Shown here one piece after another: positions 36,087 to 45,081 of a stretch of DNA of 59,764 bases. The notes under the pieces are model-generated. The model ran no database searches and had not been told where the DNA came from. It was given only the letters and a program-made list of their open reading frames with translations. A program made the position numbers and the translations under genes. Origin of the DNA: a virus (lineage: Duplodnaviria > Caudoviricetes); IMG/VR virus record IMGVR_UViG_3300048597_000258, positions 1-59,764 of that record. One strand, written 5' to 3'. Each line of letters opens with the position of its first letter. The stretch's first letter is position 1.

Positions 36087-36715
36087 GCGACCAGATCGCC
36101 GCGCCTGCCTCTCCCCTTGGAGGCCCTCTCCGCAAGCGGGAAAGCTCGTTGTGGGCGCGCGAGGAACACGACTTCTACGTCGAGCCGGAATGGGTGTCGG
36201 CGCGTCTCTTCGAAGAGGAGCGCTTCGACGGCAGCATCCACGATCCGGCATGCGGCAGCGGGAACATCGTGAAGAGCGCCCTCGCCGCCGGGCACGATGC
36301 CACTGGCTCCGACATCGTGGCGCGCAGCGCTTACTGCGAGAGGGAGCAGAACTGGCTCGAGGCCGACGAACTGTTCCCCTTCAGCAACATCGTCTCGAAC
36401 CCTCCCTTCAAGCTCTGCGATGACCGCAAGAGCGGCACCTACCCGTTCGTGGAGAAGTGCCTGGAAATGTCGCTGCGCAAGGTGGCGCTGCTCCTGCCGT
36501 CGAACTGGATACAGGGCGACAAACGCTCGCGCTGGCTGGCGACGTTGCCGCTTCGCAGGGTCTGGTTCATCAGCCCGCGTCCCTCGATGCCGCCGGGCCA
36601 GGTGATCGCCGCCGGCCGGAAGCCCGGGAACGGCACCACCGACTATTGCTGGTTGATCTTCTGCCACGGCTACGACGGCGCGCCCGAAGTCCGCTGGTTG
36701 CGGAGGACGAAATGA
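36083..36715 (+). CDS. Small orphan adenine methyltransferase
   Basis: DFYVEP, IHDPACGSGNI (I), IVSNPPF (IV). Confidence 0.85.
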   Translation: MSDQIAAPASPLGGPLRKRESSLWAREEHDFYVEPEWVSARLFEEERFDGSIHDPACGSGNIVKSALAAGHDATGSDIVARSAYCEREQNWLEADELFPFSNIVSNPPFKLCDDRKSGTYPFVEKCLEMSLRKVALLLPSNWIQGDKRSRWLATLPLRRVWFISPRPSMPPGQVIAAGRKPGNGTTDYCWLIFCHGYDGAPEVRWLRRTK

Positions 36716-37140
36716 CCCGGCCGTCAGCCACCGATGTCCTGCGGCAGGAGATTGCCAGGCGGCGCGAAGAGATCGCCGTGCTGGAGAAGGCGCTTGGCGT
36801 TCTCGAGGCCGACAGCAGCCCGCTGCAATTGCCTGCTCCATCCCGTGAGCCGGGTTCCTCTGGTGCGGCTTACGAGGCAGGCGGCACCGGCATCTTCAGC
36901 GTGAACGGCCACGACCTCAGGCTGGGTGCCAAGATGTTCGCCGTCCTTGAGGCCATCAATGAGGCGGAGGATTGCTGCCCCCTGGAGACGCTGCTGCCGC
37001 TCGCCGGCGGTAACAAGGTCTATCTCCATCAGTACACATCTGCGCTGAACAAGAAGCTTCGCCCGGCCGGTGCGGAGATCGTGTTCTTCAAGGGAGAGGG
37101 GTGGCGGCTGCAGAACATCGAAGGGGAGGAAGGGCGATGA
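36712..37140 (+). CDS. Coiled coil + winged helix protein
   Basis: OmpR-like C-terminus (SALNKKL...GEGWRL). Confidence 0.55.
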   Translation: MTRPSATDVLRQEIARRREEIAVLEKALGVLEADSSPLQLPAPSREPGSSGAAYEAGGTGIFSVNGHDLRLGAKMFAVLEAINEAEDCCPLETLLPLAGGNKVYLHQYTSALNKKLRPAGAEIVFFKGEGWRLQNIEGEEGR

Positions 37141-37349
37141 AGGGCCTCCCCGCGATGGACGTCCCGTTCTTCGAGCGCGATCCGCACTCCTGCAAGCGCT
37201 GCACCCACAGCTTCTATTCGGCCAGCGACCGGGACCTCCGGTACCTCCGTTGCGGCCGGTCTGAGTACGGGCAGCAGTGCCGCTACGAGCGGCATGAAAC
37301 GGGCCACTGCGGCCCTGCGGCGATACACTGGAAGGAGCGGGCGGTATGA
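37137..37349 (+). CDS. Small Cys-rich protein
   Basis: CKRC...C...CRYER...CGP. Confidence 0.6.
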   Translation: MKGLPAMDVPFFERDPHSCKRCTHSFYSASDRDLRYLRCGRSEYGQQCRYERHETGHCGPAAIHWKERAV

Positions 37350-37945
37350 CCGATCTCGTCGTCCTCGCCCTCGACGTCGCGCTGCGCCGGACCGGCTGGG
37401 CCGTCGGCTCGCCGGGGATGAGCCGGCCATTCTGGGGCATCTATGAAACCGCGGGCGACTGGAGCGGCCAGGAAGGTGCGCGGCTCCACGACTGGCGGCA
37501 GTTCCTCGATGCGCAGATCGAGAAGCACGCGGTGACCTGCATCGCGATGGAACTCCCTTTCATCGATGCGCGGGCCTTCAACTTTGATGGCACCACGGCG
37601 GTGCTGCAAATGCAGGGGATGGCTCTGGAGATCGCGCACGCACGGAGGATCCGCGCCACCGGCGTGGCGATCGCCTCGTGGCGATCCCATTGGATCGGTC
37701 AGGGTGTGGCGCCGAAGCACCTGGAGCAGAAGGAGCGGAAGCCCTGGCTCAAGGAACAGGCGATGAGGCGCGCGGCGGACCGCGGCTGGTACACCGAGCA
37801 CCACGACGAGGCCGAGGCGCTGGGAATCATGGACTACGCGCTCGCCTGCCTGTCGCCAGACTACGACCACAAGGTGGGACCGCTGGTGCGCCGCACCGAA
37901 CTTCGGGCGGAGATCGCCCGCTTCCGCGGGGAGGCACCGCGATGA
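37346..37945 (+). CDS. RuvC-like Holliday junction resolvase
   Basis: VLALDVALRRTGWA, IAMELP, HDEAEALGI. Confidence 0.8.
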   Translation: MTDLVVLALDVALRRTGWAVGSPGMSRPFWGIYETAGDWSGQEGARLHDWRQFLDAQIEKHAVTCIAMELPFIDARAFNFDGTTAVLQMQGMALEIAHARRIRATGVAIASWRSHWIGQGVAPKHLEQKERKPWLKEQAMRRAADRGWYTEHHDEAEALGIMDYALACLSPDYDHKVGPLVRRTELRAEIARFRGEAPR

Positions 37946-37961
37946 GGAAGGTGAGGCCGAC

Positions 37962-39395
37962 ATGAATGCACCCTATGCCCACAGCGCCAAGGACCCGGTG
38001 CAGGATGAGCGGTTTATGACCGAGGTGGAATTGCTGGGCGCGCTGCTCTCGCAGCAGACATCGGCAGGGTACCAGTCCGCCCGCGCAATTGTCGGCCCGG
38101 AGCACTTCTCCGACAACTTCAACGCCCGGCTCTTCGATCGGCTTGGGCAGGGCTCCGGGCAAGGGCTGCAGGGGTTCCCGCTCGTTGCGTGGCTGATAAG
38201 CTCCTTCCGCGACGACGCCACCCTCAAGGATGCCAACTGGTCCGCCTCCGCCATGGTGGCCCGCTACGTCGCCATGGCGTGCCCCGCCATCGGGATCGAG
38301 GGGTGGGCGCGGCAGATACGCCATGACCGGCTCAAGGTGGACCTCGGCAACGCAGTCGAGGTGGGAGACACGGAGGCGGCGGAGGCCATTGCCGCCGAGA
38401 TGGAGCGCCTGTCGAAAGCGCACCTCACCAAGGATGAGGGGGTCAAGTCCATCGGGCAGGCGGCGAACGATGTGCTGGAGAGCCTGTCCCGGGCTTATGC
38501 CGACGGTGGTGCGGTCAAGGATTATGCCTTCCCCGGCAGCCATGAACTGAGCCGGGTAATTGGCGGCTGGCGGCGGGGACGGTTCTATGTGATCGCCGGC
38601 AGGCCCGGGATGGGCAAGACCACCACTTGCCTTAGCTGGCTGCTGCGAACCGCGAGCAGTGGCCACGGCGTCATGTTCTTCTCGTTGGAGATGAGCAGGG
38701 ACGAACTGACCGAGATAGCTCTCTGCGATCTCGCCTGGTCTCGCAACCAGCGCATCGAGTACAGGGAGATCAGCGCCACGGCCACCACCCGGCCGGGCTT
38801 CGAAGATCGCTTCCGGGCCATCTCCGAAGCATCCCGGCGCTTCAACTCCATGCCATTCACGATCAGCGACCGCGGCGGCCAGACCATAACCGACATCCGC
38901 AGCGCAGCAATGCAATATGCGCAGCGACTCACCGCACAGGGAAAGCGGCTGGAGGTCATCTGCATCGATCACCTGAATCTTATTCGGGCTTCCGACCGCT
39001 ACCAAGGTAGCAAGACGGCGGAAACCGAAGAAGTCTCTGCGGCCCTGAAGCAACTGGCAAAGGAACTGCAATGCGCAGTCGTTTGCCTTTGCCAACTCAA
39101 CAGGGCGGTGGAGGGGCGCGAGGAAAAGCGCCCGAACCTGTCTGACCTTCGCTGGAGCGGGGCCATTGAACAGGACGCCGACGTTGTCATGTTCGTTTAC
39201 CGGGAAGCCTATTACCTGGAACGGTCAAAGCATGACGACCTGGCCAAGGAGAACGACCGGCTCTCGCGTCTCGAGCGCACGAGGACCAAGCTGGAAGTCA
39301 CGTTCGGGAAGCACCGCGGAGGCCCGTGCCCGGTGCTTGAGTTCTACGCCGACATGGGGTGCGGAGTGGTCCGCGACATGGAGGCCCAAGGATGA
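37962..39395 (+). CDS. dnaB: Replicative DNA helicase, DnaB family
   Basis: AGRPGMGKT, FSLEMS, IDHL, CQLNR, DLRWSGAIEQDAD, KHRGG. Confidence 0.95.
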   Translation: MNAPYAHSAKDPVQDERFMTEVELLGALLSQQTSAGYQSARAIVGPEHFSDNFNARLFDRLGQGSGQGLQGFPLVAWLISSFRDDATLKDANWSASAMVARYVAMACPAIGIEGWARQIRHDRLKVDLGNAVEVGDTEAAEAIAAEMERLSKAHLTKDEGVKSIGQAANDVLESLSRAYADGGAVKDYAFPGSHELSRVIGGWRRGRFYVIAGRPGMGKTTTCLSWLLRTASSGHGVMFFSLEMSRDELTEIALCDLAWSRNQRIEYREISATATTRPGFEDRFRAISEASRRFNSMPFTISDRGGQTITDIRSAAMQYAQRLTAQGKRLEVICIDHLNLIRASDRYQGSKTAETEEVSAALKQLAKELQCAVVCLCQLNRAVEGREEKRPNLSDLRWSGAIEQDADVVMFVYREAYYLERSKHDDLAKENDRLSRLERTRTKLEVTFGKHRGGPCPVLEFYADMGCGVVRDMEAQG

Positions 39396-40144
39396 ATTTT
39401 TTCAAATTTCATCTCGGGGATTACTACAAGAAGGCCAGCCATCTTTCGATGCTGGAGGATGGCGCCTATCGTCGCCTGATCGACGCGGTCTACTTGCGGG
39501 AGGGACCGCTGCCGGCAGACAGGGAACAGATTTTCCGGCTCGTGAAGGCATTCACGAAACTGGAAAAAGACGCGGTTCTTTCGGTACTTGGCGAGTTCTT
39601 CACCCTCACCGATGCGGGCTATACTAACGCTAGGTGCGAGCAGGAACTGGCCCGGGTCAGGGACAAATCCGAGAAGGCTTCGCAAAGCGCAAGCACCCGA
39701 TGGGGCAATGCGAACGCACCGCCAGACGCAATGCGAACGCATAGCGAAGGCAATGCTAGCCATAAGCCAGTAGCCAAGAGTAGTAGTACCGCGCGCGCGC
39801 GAAGTCCGGCAACAGGCCAGCATCGCGCCATGGCCCTCGACCTGCTCGACCGGGGGAAAGCCGACCTGTCGCCCTGGGAGCGCAACTTCCTCGAGGACCT
39901 ATGCGGCAAATCCACGATCACCCCCAAGATCGAGGAACGCCTTGCGGAGATCGGCCGCAAGATCGGCTTCAACGCCGATGAACTCATGGCCACCTGGAAG
40001 AAACGCCTCGATGTCGCGAGGAAGCTCAGCCAGTGGGACGTGAAATGGGGGCCGATGCCAGGCAAACTCGGCTGCCTCGTTCCGGAGCAACTCATCCAGC
40101 CCGGCGACGGCGATGGCTGGACCGAGTGGAGGGCCGCCTCGTGA
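39392..40144 (+). CDS. Replication initiator, DUF1376/YdaU family
   Basis: FFKFHLGDY...HLSMLEDGAYRRLID...YTNARCEQEL. Confidence 0.88.
   Translation: MNFFKFHLGDYYKKASHLSMLEDGAYRRLIDAVYLREGPLPADREQIFRLVKAFTKLEKDAVLSVLGEFFTLTDAGYTNARCEQELARVRDKSEKASQSASTRWGNANAPPDAMRTHSEGNASHKPVAKSSSTARARSPATGQHRAMALDLLDRGKADLSPWERNFLEDLCGKSTITPKIEERLAEIGRKIGFNADELMATWKKRLDVARKLSQWDVKWGPMPGKLGCLVPEQLIQPGDGDGWTEWRAAS
39705..39756. repeat. Iterons / probable replication origin
   Basis: GCAATGCGAACGCA at 39705 and 39728, plus degenerate copies at 39739 and 39750, inside the initiator gene. Confidence 0.7.
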
Positions 40145-40314
40145 AGCACATCAGCGAACCCATCGCCGCTGTGCTCCGCGACCTCGCAAGCCGCGTCGAG
40201 CGCAACGTGCCCCAGCACCGCGACCCGCACGCGTTTCACGCCGAGAAGTCCGAGATCGCATCCGAACTGCGGCGCCTCGCCAGCGCGGCGGAAGCCAGCC
40301 TTGTGGGGCAGTGA
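40141..40314 (+). CDS. Small hypothetical protein
   Basis: GTGA-coupled; RDPHAFHAEKSEIASELRRLA. Confidence 0.6.
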   Translation: MKHISEPIAAVLRDLASRVERNVPQHRDPHAFHAEKSEIASELRRLASAAEASLVGQ

Positions 40315-40322
40315 ATCGAGCC

Positions 40323-40970
40323 ATGCCGCGCATCAGCCGCAGAAGGGCAAGAAAGACCGCCCGCAAGTCCTCCGCCGTTCCGGGCTACGATGACCGCTTC
40401 GAGATCGGCGTGCGGACCGTCGAGGATCCCTACGACCCCGGCAACACGATCTCCGTGCCGGCCAACATCCGGCATGACCCGCTCATGCGCATGGCCGCCC
40501 GCCAGGAGATCGACACCGCCCAGATGAAGGCCGGCGAAGCCCTGCGTGAATGCCACGAAGCCGCATCGACCCACGGCCTGAAGGCGATCGATCCAAGCCT
40601 CGTCGTGGTTGACGGCGGCAGGACACACCCGGGCGTCTCCGACATCGCCATCCGCGCCGCCCGCCGCCTCCGCGAGGCCGAAGCCCTTCTCGGCTGGCAG
40701 ACCTACCGCATCGTGGTCTCGGTGGTCTGCGAAGGCATCCACGGCTCGATGATCGCCCAGCAGACCTCCGCCACCGTGAACCGCAAGATCGTCCAGCACC
40801 AGGTCCGCGCCGCCCTCGAGCAACTGGCCATCCTCTGGGGCTTCGCCTCCGACCCGCGCCGCGTTCGCCAGCGCGCCTCGATGGTCGGCCTCCTGCAGGA
40901 ACGCGCGCGCTGGATCCACGACGAGAAGGACCTCATCATCCGCTACCGCGATGACAGCGGCGAAACCTGA
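40323..40970 (+). CDS. Late transcription regulator (Q-position, DUF6456-like)
   Basis: DPLMRMAARQEIDTAQMKAG...VDGG...VVCEG HTH; last early gene. Confidence 0.65.
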   Translation: MPRISRRRARKTARKSSAVPGYDDRFEIGVRTVEDPYDPGNTISVPANIRHDPLMRMAARQEIDTAQMKAGEALRECHEAASTHGLKAIDPSLVVVDGGRTHPGVSDIAIRAARRLREAEALLGWQTYRIVVSVVCEGIHGSMIAQQTSATVNRKIVQHQVRAALEQLAILWGFASDPRRVRQRASMVGLLQERARWIHDEKDLIIRYRDDSGET

Positions 40971-41091
40971 ACCGAAAAATGCTCTTGCCACGGACCCGTG
41001 AATCACATACGGATCGGCAGTCTCCCAAATTGCGCCATGAAACCGACGGTCAGCCCTCTGGCCGCCTCTGCCATTTTCCGGAGCGCCCTTC

Positions 41092-41637
41092 ATGCCACGC
41101 GTCGTCATCGCGGAAGCGGACAACGTCCGCATCAAGTTCGAAGCCACCGTCCAGCGCGTCGGATCGGGGCTGGCCAAGAAGGTCTTCTCCCGTGCGATGA
41201 ACTCCGAGGGCCGCAAGACCTTCACGCAGGTCAAGAAAGCACTCGTCCAGCAGACCTCGCTCAAGCCAGGCGTGGTCAACGCCAACACCCGGTTCTGGAA
41301 TTCGTCGCCGGCCAACCTCGAAACCCGCATCGACGGACGCCGCGAGTACTTCGGCCTGTCCTACTTCAAGCCCAAGCAGGGAGCCAAGGGCACCAGCGCA
41401 TTCGTGTGGGGCAAGAGCCAGTTCTTTCCCCACGCCTTCGTCGTCGCCTCCCTCAGCAACAACGTCTTCGTCCGCACCAGCCGAAAGCGTCTGCCCATCG
41501 AGAAGATGTTCGGCCCATCGGTCCACAAGGAACTGATGCAGGACAAGGCCCTCGCGGCCTGGGGGCGGGGCAACCAGGGCATCTCGGACGAGGCGATGCG
41601 CCTCCTCGGCCTCGTGATGTCGGGCGAGATGACGTAG
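41092..41637 (+). CDS. Minor tail/neck protein (lambda Z-like)
   Basis: SRAMN...PHAFV...VFVR...RLPIEKMFGPSV. Confidence 0.7.
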   Translation: MPRVVIAEADNVRIKFEATVQRVGSGLAKKVFSRAMNSEGRKTFTQVKKALVQQTSLKPGVVNANTRFWNSSPANLETRIDGRREYFGLSYFKPKQGAKGTSAFVWGKSQFFPHAFVVASLSNNVFVRTSRKRLPIEKMFGPSVHKELMQDKALAAWGRGNQGISDEAMRLLGLVMSGEMT

Positions 41638-41787
41638 GTCAGGACAACGCCGAACCGCACGCAGGGCCACACACGGGCACGCAGGGCGGCAAGGCATGGC
41701 ATGCCCGGCCACCAAGCCCAAGGCCACCGCTGCCCACCTGTGGGGCACGGTGGGCCAACGAGGCACCCCCCCCTCCCCCCGGGGTTC

Positions 41788-41835
41788 ACGGGTCCCTTTT
41801 GGGCCACCCGGAGGTTGCGGGGCCGCCGCCTCGCG
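41788..41835 (+). other. Lambda-like cos site (cosQ + cosN)
   Basis: ACGGGTCCC...AGGTTGCG|GGGCCGCCGCCT|CGCG aligns without gaps to lambda ACGGGTCCT...AGGTTACG|GGGCGGCGACCT|CGCG. Confidence 0.85.
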
Positions 41836-41934
41836 ATGTTTGCGGATTTTCTATTTTTTCAAATTCCCGTTGCGTTGCGCACGGGGTGGCTGCCGCCGCC
41901 CCTTCTCCGGCCCGGGAAAGCCAAGGACTGGCCG

Positions 41935-43251
41935 ATGGACAAGCCCGCCGTTCCCGCCGATCTGTGGCCCGCCACGAAGATCGAGATGCGGCCGGTGACC
42001 GACCTCGTCCCTTTCGTCCGGAACGCCCGGACCCACCCGCCGGAACAGGTCGCGCAGATCGCCTCTTCCATGCGGCGCTTCGGTTTCACCATGCCGATGC
42101 TGGTCGCAGAGGACGGGACGATCATCGCCGGCCACGGGAGGCTGCTCGCCGCGCAGCAACTGGGGCTGCCCGAGGTCCCCGTGATGGTGGCGCACGGCTG
42201 GTCGGACGAGGACCGGCGGCTCTACACACTCGCGGACAATCGCCTGGCCGAGACCAGCGAGTGGGACCCGGAAATGCTGCGGCTGGAGATCGAGGAGTTG
42301 CGGATCGAGGCCGGCGAGGATGCGCTGGCGGAGATCGGTTTCTCCAGCGATGAGATTGCGGAACTGCTGCCCGGCCTCCTGGGCGATTCCGGCGCGGGCC
42401 TCACCGACCCCGATGACGTTCCGGAGCCTCCGGTGGTGCCGGTGTCGCGCGCCGGGGATGTCTGGGCGCTGGGCGATCATCGGCTGATCTGCGGCGACAG
42501 CACCAAGGCTGAGACCTACGAGGCTCTGCTGGCGGGCGATGGCGTGGACATGGTCTTTACGGACCCGCCATACAACGTCAACTACGCGAACACGCCGAAG
42601 GACAAGATGCGAGGCAAGAACCGCGCGATCATGAACGACAACCTTGGTGAGGGGTTCTACCAGTTTCTGCTCGATGCCTTCACGCCGATGGTACGTTCCT
42701 CGCGTGGCGCGATCTACATCGCCATGTCCTCAAGTGAATTGGACACGCTGCAGGCGGCCTTCCGCAAGGCGGGCGGCAAGTGGTCGACGTTCATCATCTG
42801 GGCGAAGAACACCTTCACCCTTGGCAGGGCGGATTACCAACGGCAGTACGAACCGATCCTTTACGGCTGGAAGGACGGTGCCAAACACTACTGGTGCGGC
42901 GCCCGCGATCAGGGCGATGTCTGGCAGATCGCAAAGCCCCGGGCCAACGACCTCCACCCGACCATGAAGCCGGTTGAACTGGTTGAGCGGGCCATCAACA
43001 ACTCCAGCCGGCCGGGTGAGACGGTCATGGATCCGTTCGGCGGGTCCGGCACCACACTGATCGCCGCCGAGAGGACGGGACGGCAGGCGCGGCTAATCGA
43101 ACTCGACCCGAAGTACGTCGATGTGATCGTGCGCCGCTGGCAGGAATTCACGGGCCGTGAGGCGGTGTTGGAAGCGTCCGGCGAGACCTTTGCTGAAACG
43201 AAAGCGGCCCGCCGCGCGGACGGGCCGTCTCAGGATTCGGTCGCGGCCTGA
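41935..43251 (+). CDS. ParB-like domain fused to beta-group adenine methyltransferase
   Basis: RNARTH...IIAGHGR...ADNR; FTDPPYNV; HPTMKP; DPFGGSGTT. Confidence 0.92.
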   Translation: MDKPAVPADLWPATKIEMRPVTDLVPFVRNARTHPPEQVAQIASSMRRFGFTMPMLVAEDGTIIAGHGRLLAAQQLGLPEVPVMVAHGWSDEDRRLYTLADNRLAETSEWDPEMLRLEIEELRIEAGEDALAEIGFSSDEIAELLPGLLGDSGAGLTDPDDVPEPPVVPVSRAGDVWALGDHRLICGDSTKAETYEALLAGDGVDMVFTDPPYNVNYANTPKDKMRGKNRAIMNDNLGEGFYQFLLDAFTPMVRSSRGAIYIAMSSSELDTLQAAFRKAGGKWSTFIIWAKNTFTLGRADYQRQYEPILYGWKDGAKHYWCGARDQGDVWQIAKPRANDLHPTMKPVELVERAINNSSRPGETVMDPFGGSGTTLIAAERTGRQARLIELDPKYVDVIVRRWQEFTGREAVLEASGETFAETKAARRADGPSQDSVAA

Positions 43252-43842
43252 TCAGGCGGCGATCTTGTAGACCCGGCCCCTGCCGTCGACCTTGTCGGAG
43301 GCGATGGTGAGGCCCAGCTTCTTCTTCAGCGCGCCCGCCATCGCGCCCCTGATCGTGTGCTTCTGCCATCCGGTGGCTGCGGCGATCTCGTCAAGGGTGG
43401 CCCCCTCGGGCTGGCGCAGCATGTCGATCATCGCGGATTGCTTCGTGCCCTCGCGGTGCGGCTTGGCCTCGCGCGGCGCGGCGGCGGCCGCTGGCGGGGC
43501 CTTGGCCTTGACCGCGACGGTCGGTGACTTCCCGGCCTTCTCAGGCTGTGTGGCCTTCTGTGCCGCGCGCTGGGGCCTGTCCGGCTCAACCCCGATGGCC
43601 TCGAGGCCGTCATCGGTGACGATCAGGGTGACGCCATGGCCGTCTCCGGTGTCGCGCCAGACTGGATCGCCCAGCTTGCGGTTGGCCTCGACCTCTTCGA
43701 GGAGGCCCTTCTGGATGAGGGGGTTGATCACCTTCTGCGCCGCGCCGCCCTTGATGCTCTTGGGCAGGGGCAGGGCGAGGCGGTCGGTCCGCTGCGATGC
43801 CTTGCTGAGGATGACGCGCTGGGTGTCGGTGAGTTTCGTCAT
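43252..43842 (-). CDS. DUF3489-family DNA-binding protein
   Basis: KLTDTQRVIL...GTKQ...GATLDEIAAATGWQKHTIRGAM...RGRVYKI. Confidence 0.88.
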   Translation of the reverse strand: MTKLTDTQRVILSKASQRTDRLALPLPKSIKGGAAQKVINPLIQKGLLEEVEANRKLGDPVWRDTGDGHGVTLIVTDDGLEAIGVEPDRPQRAAQKATQPEKAGKSPTVAVKAKAPPAAAAAPREAKPHREGTKQSAMIDMLRQPEGATLDEIAAATGWQKHTIRGAMAGALKKKLGLTIASDKVDGRGRVYKIAA

Positions 43843-43934
43843 GGTCTTGCTCCCTCGGAGTTGCGGAACGGCGTGACTGCCGTTTCCTACGACCCCAAGC
43901 CCCGCAATCGCGCGGGGCCGAGGAGCGGGGCGGC

Positions 43935-44099
43935 CTATCTGACGAGCGCCGAGGCTGCGACCTCGCGGGCCATCCCGATGCTGGGCAGGATGCGCGGGTC
44001 TCCGCTCTGGGTCACTCCGTAGAGGAAGAACTCACCACCGATCTGGAAGCACTCGACGGTGCGCCCGAAGATCCCGATGCCGTAGTTGAAGATCGGCAT
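43935..44099 (-). CDS. Small hypothetical protein
   Basis: AGGAG RBS; 54 aa. Confidence 0.55.
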   Translation of the reverse strand: MPIFNYGIGIFGRTVECFQIGGEFFLYGVTQSGDPRILPSIGMAREVAASALVR

Positions 44100-44100
44100 G

Positions 44101-44247
44101 TTAGCGGCTCCTGCGGCTGTTCTGGTGGGCTGCCATCTTGCGGGAGGCGTAAGCATCCGCCTGAGTTTCGGACATTCCGCAGCCGAGGGCGTCCCAGAAG
44201 GCTGTCTCGTAAATGGCGGCAAGGTCAGGCTTGTTGTTCTTGGTCAT
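44101..44247 (-). CDS. Small hypothetical protein, 48 aa (not in ORF track)
   Basis: AAAGGAG RBS; MTKNNKPDLAAIYETAFWDALGCG... Confidence 0.6.
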   Translation of the reverse strand: MTKNNKPDLAAIYETAFWDALGCGMSETQADAYASRKMAAHQNSRRSR

Positions 44248-44360
44248 CAGCGTCTCCTTTCCTGCGGCGGGGGTGCCGCTCTGGGTGACCGCATAAGCGC
44301 TCTACTCCGCTGCAAAGACAAGCGAGAAGACGAGCAATTTCGCTGCTTTCCGGAGGCAGG

Positions 44361-44576
44361 ATGGGCCAATCCCGGCGAATGTCAGCGGTAGAGGCGATTG
44401 TCAGCACGGCGATCGGCTACATCGTCGCAGTGGTGACTCAGATGGCGGTCTTCCCGGTCTTCGGGCTTCAGGTCGGCATCATCGAAAATCTGGGCATAGG
44501 ACTCGCCTTCACGGTGGTCTCCGTCATCAGAAGCTACCTCGTGCGCCGGCTGTTCGAGCGCCTTCACCGGGGATAA
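44361..44576 (+). CDS. Small 2-TM phage membrane protein
   Basis: MGQSRRMSAVEA...FPVFG...SVIRSYLVRRLFE; GGAGG RBS. Confidence 0.8.
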   Translation: MGQSRRMSAVEAIVSTAIGYIVAVVTQMAVFPVFGLQVGIIENLGIGLAFTVVSVIRSYLVRRLFERLHRG

Positions 44577-44580
44577 TCGC

Positions 44581-45081
44581 GTGGCCGAAGAGGAGAAGCC
44601 GAAAGGCCAGACCATCACCGTCGCCCAGGCGGCAACGCTGCTCAACCGCAGCGTCTCCTGGGTGAACCTTCTCGTCAGCAAGGGCTACATCACCAAGGAC
44701 GGCCGCAACAATTACCCGGTCGTGGCCGTGGTCCGCGGCGCGCTGGCCTACTACGACGATCTGCTCGAGAAGACCAACAAGGCTGCGGCCGCGAGCCGGG
44801 CCACCGACGCGCGCACCAGGGAAATCGAACTCCGGATTGCCGAGCGGCGGCGCACCCTGATCCCGCTCGACGATGCCAAGGCGGTTGTCGGCGAAATGGC
44901 CGCGATGGTGAGGGCGGAATTCACGGGCCTGCCGGCGAAGTTCACCCGCGACCTGGGCGAGCGCCGCCGACTTGAACAGGAAATTGATGGATCCTTCGAA
45001 CGCATCGCCGCAGCAGCCCGAACAGCGGGCGATGCTCTGGCAACTGGCAGCCTCGATATGGCAGCCGAGCCAGAAGCGTGA
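44581..45081 (+). CDS. terS: Terminase small subunit (Nu1-like)
   Basis: N-terminal wHTH, coiled coil, LIPLD; overlaps terL. Confidence 0.8.
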   Translation: MAEEEKPKGQTITVAQAATLLNRSVSWVNLLVSKGYITKDGRNNYPVVAVVRGALAYYDDLLEKTNKAAAASRATDARTREIELRIAERRRTLIPLDDAKAVVGEMAAMVRAEFTGLPAKFTRDLGERRRLEQEIDGSFERIAAAARTAGDALATGSLDMAAEPEA

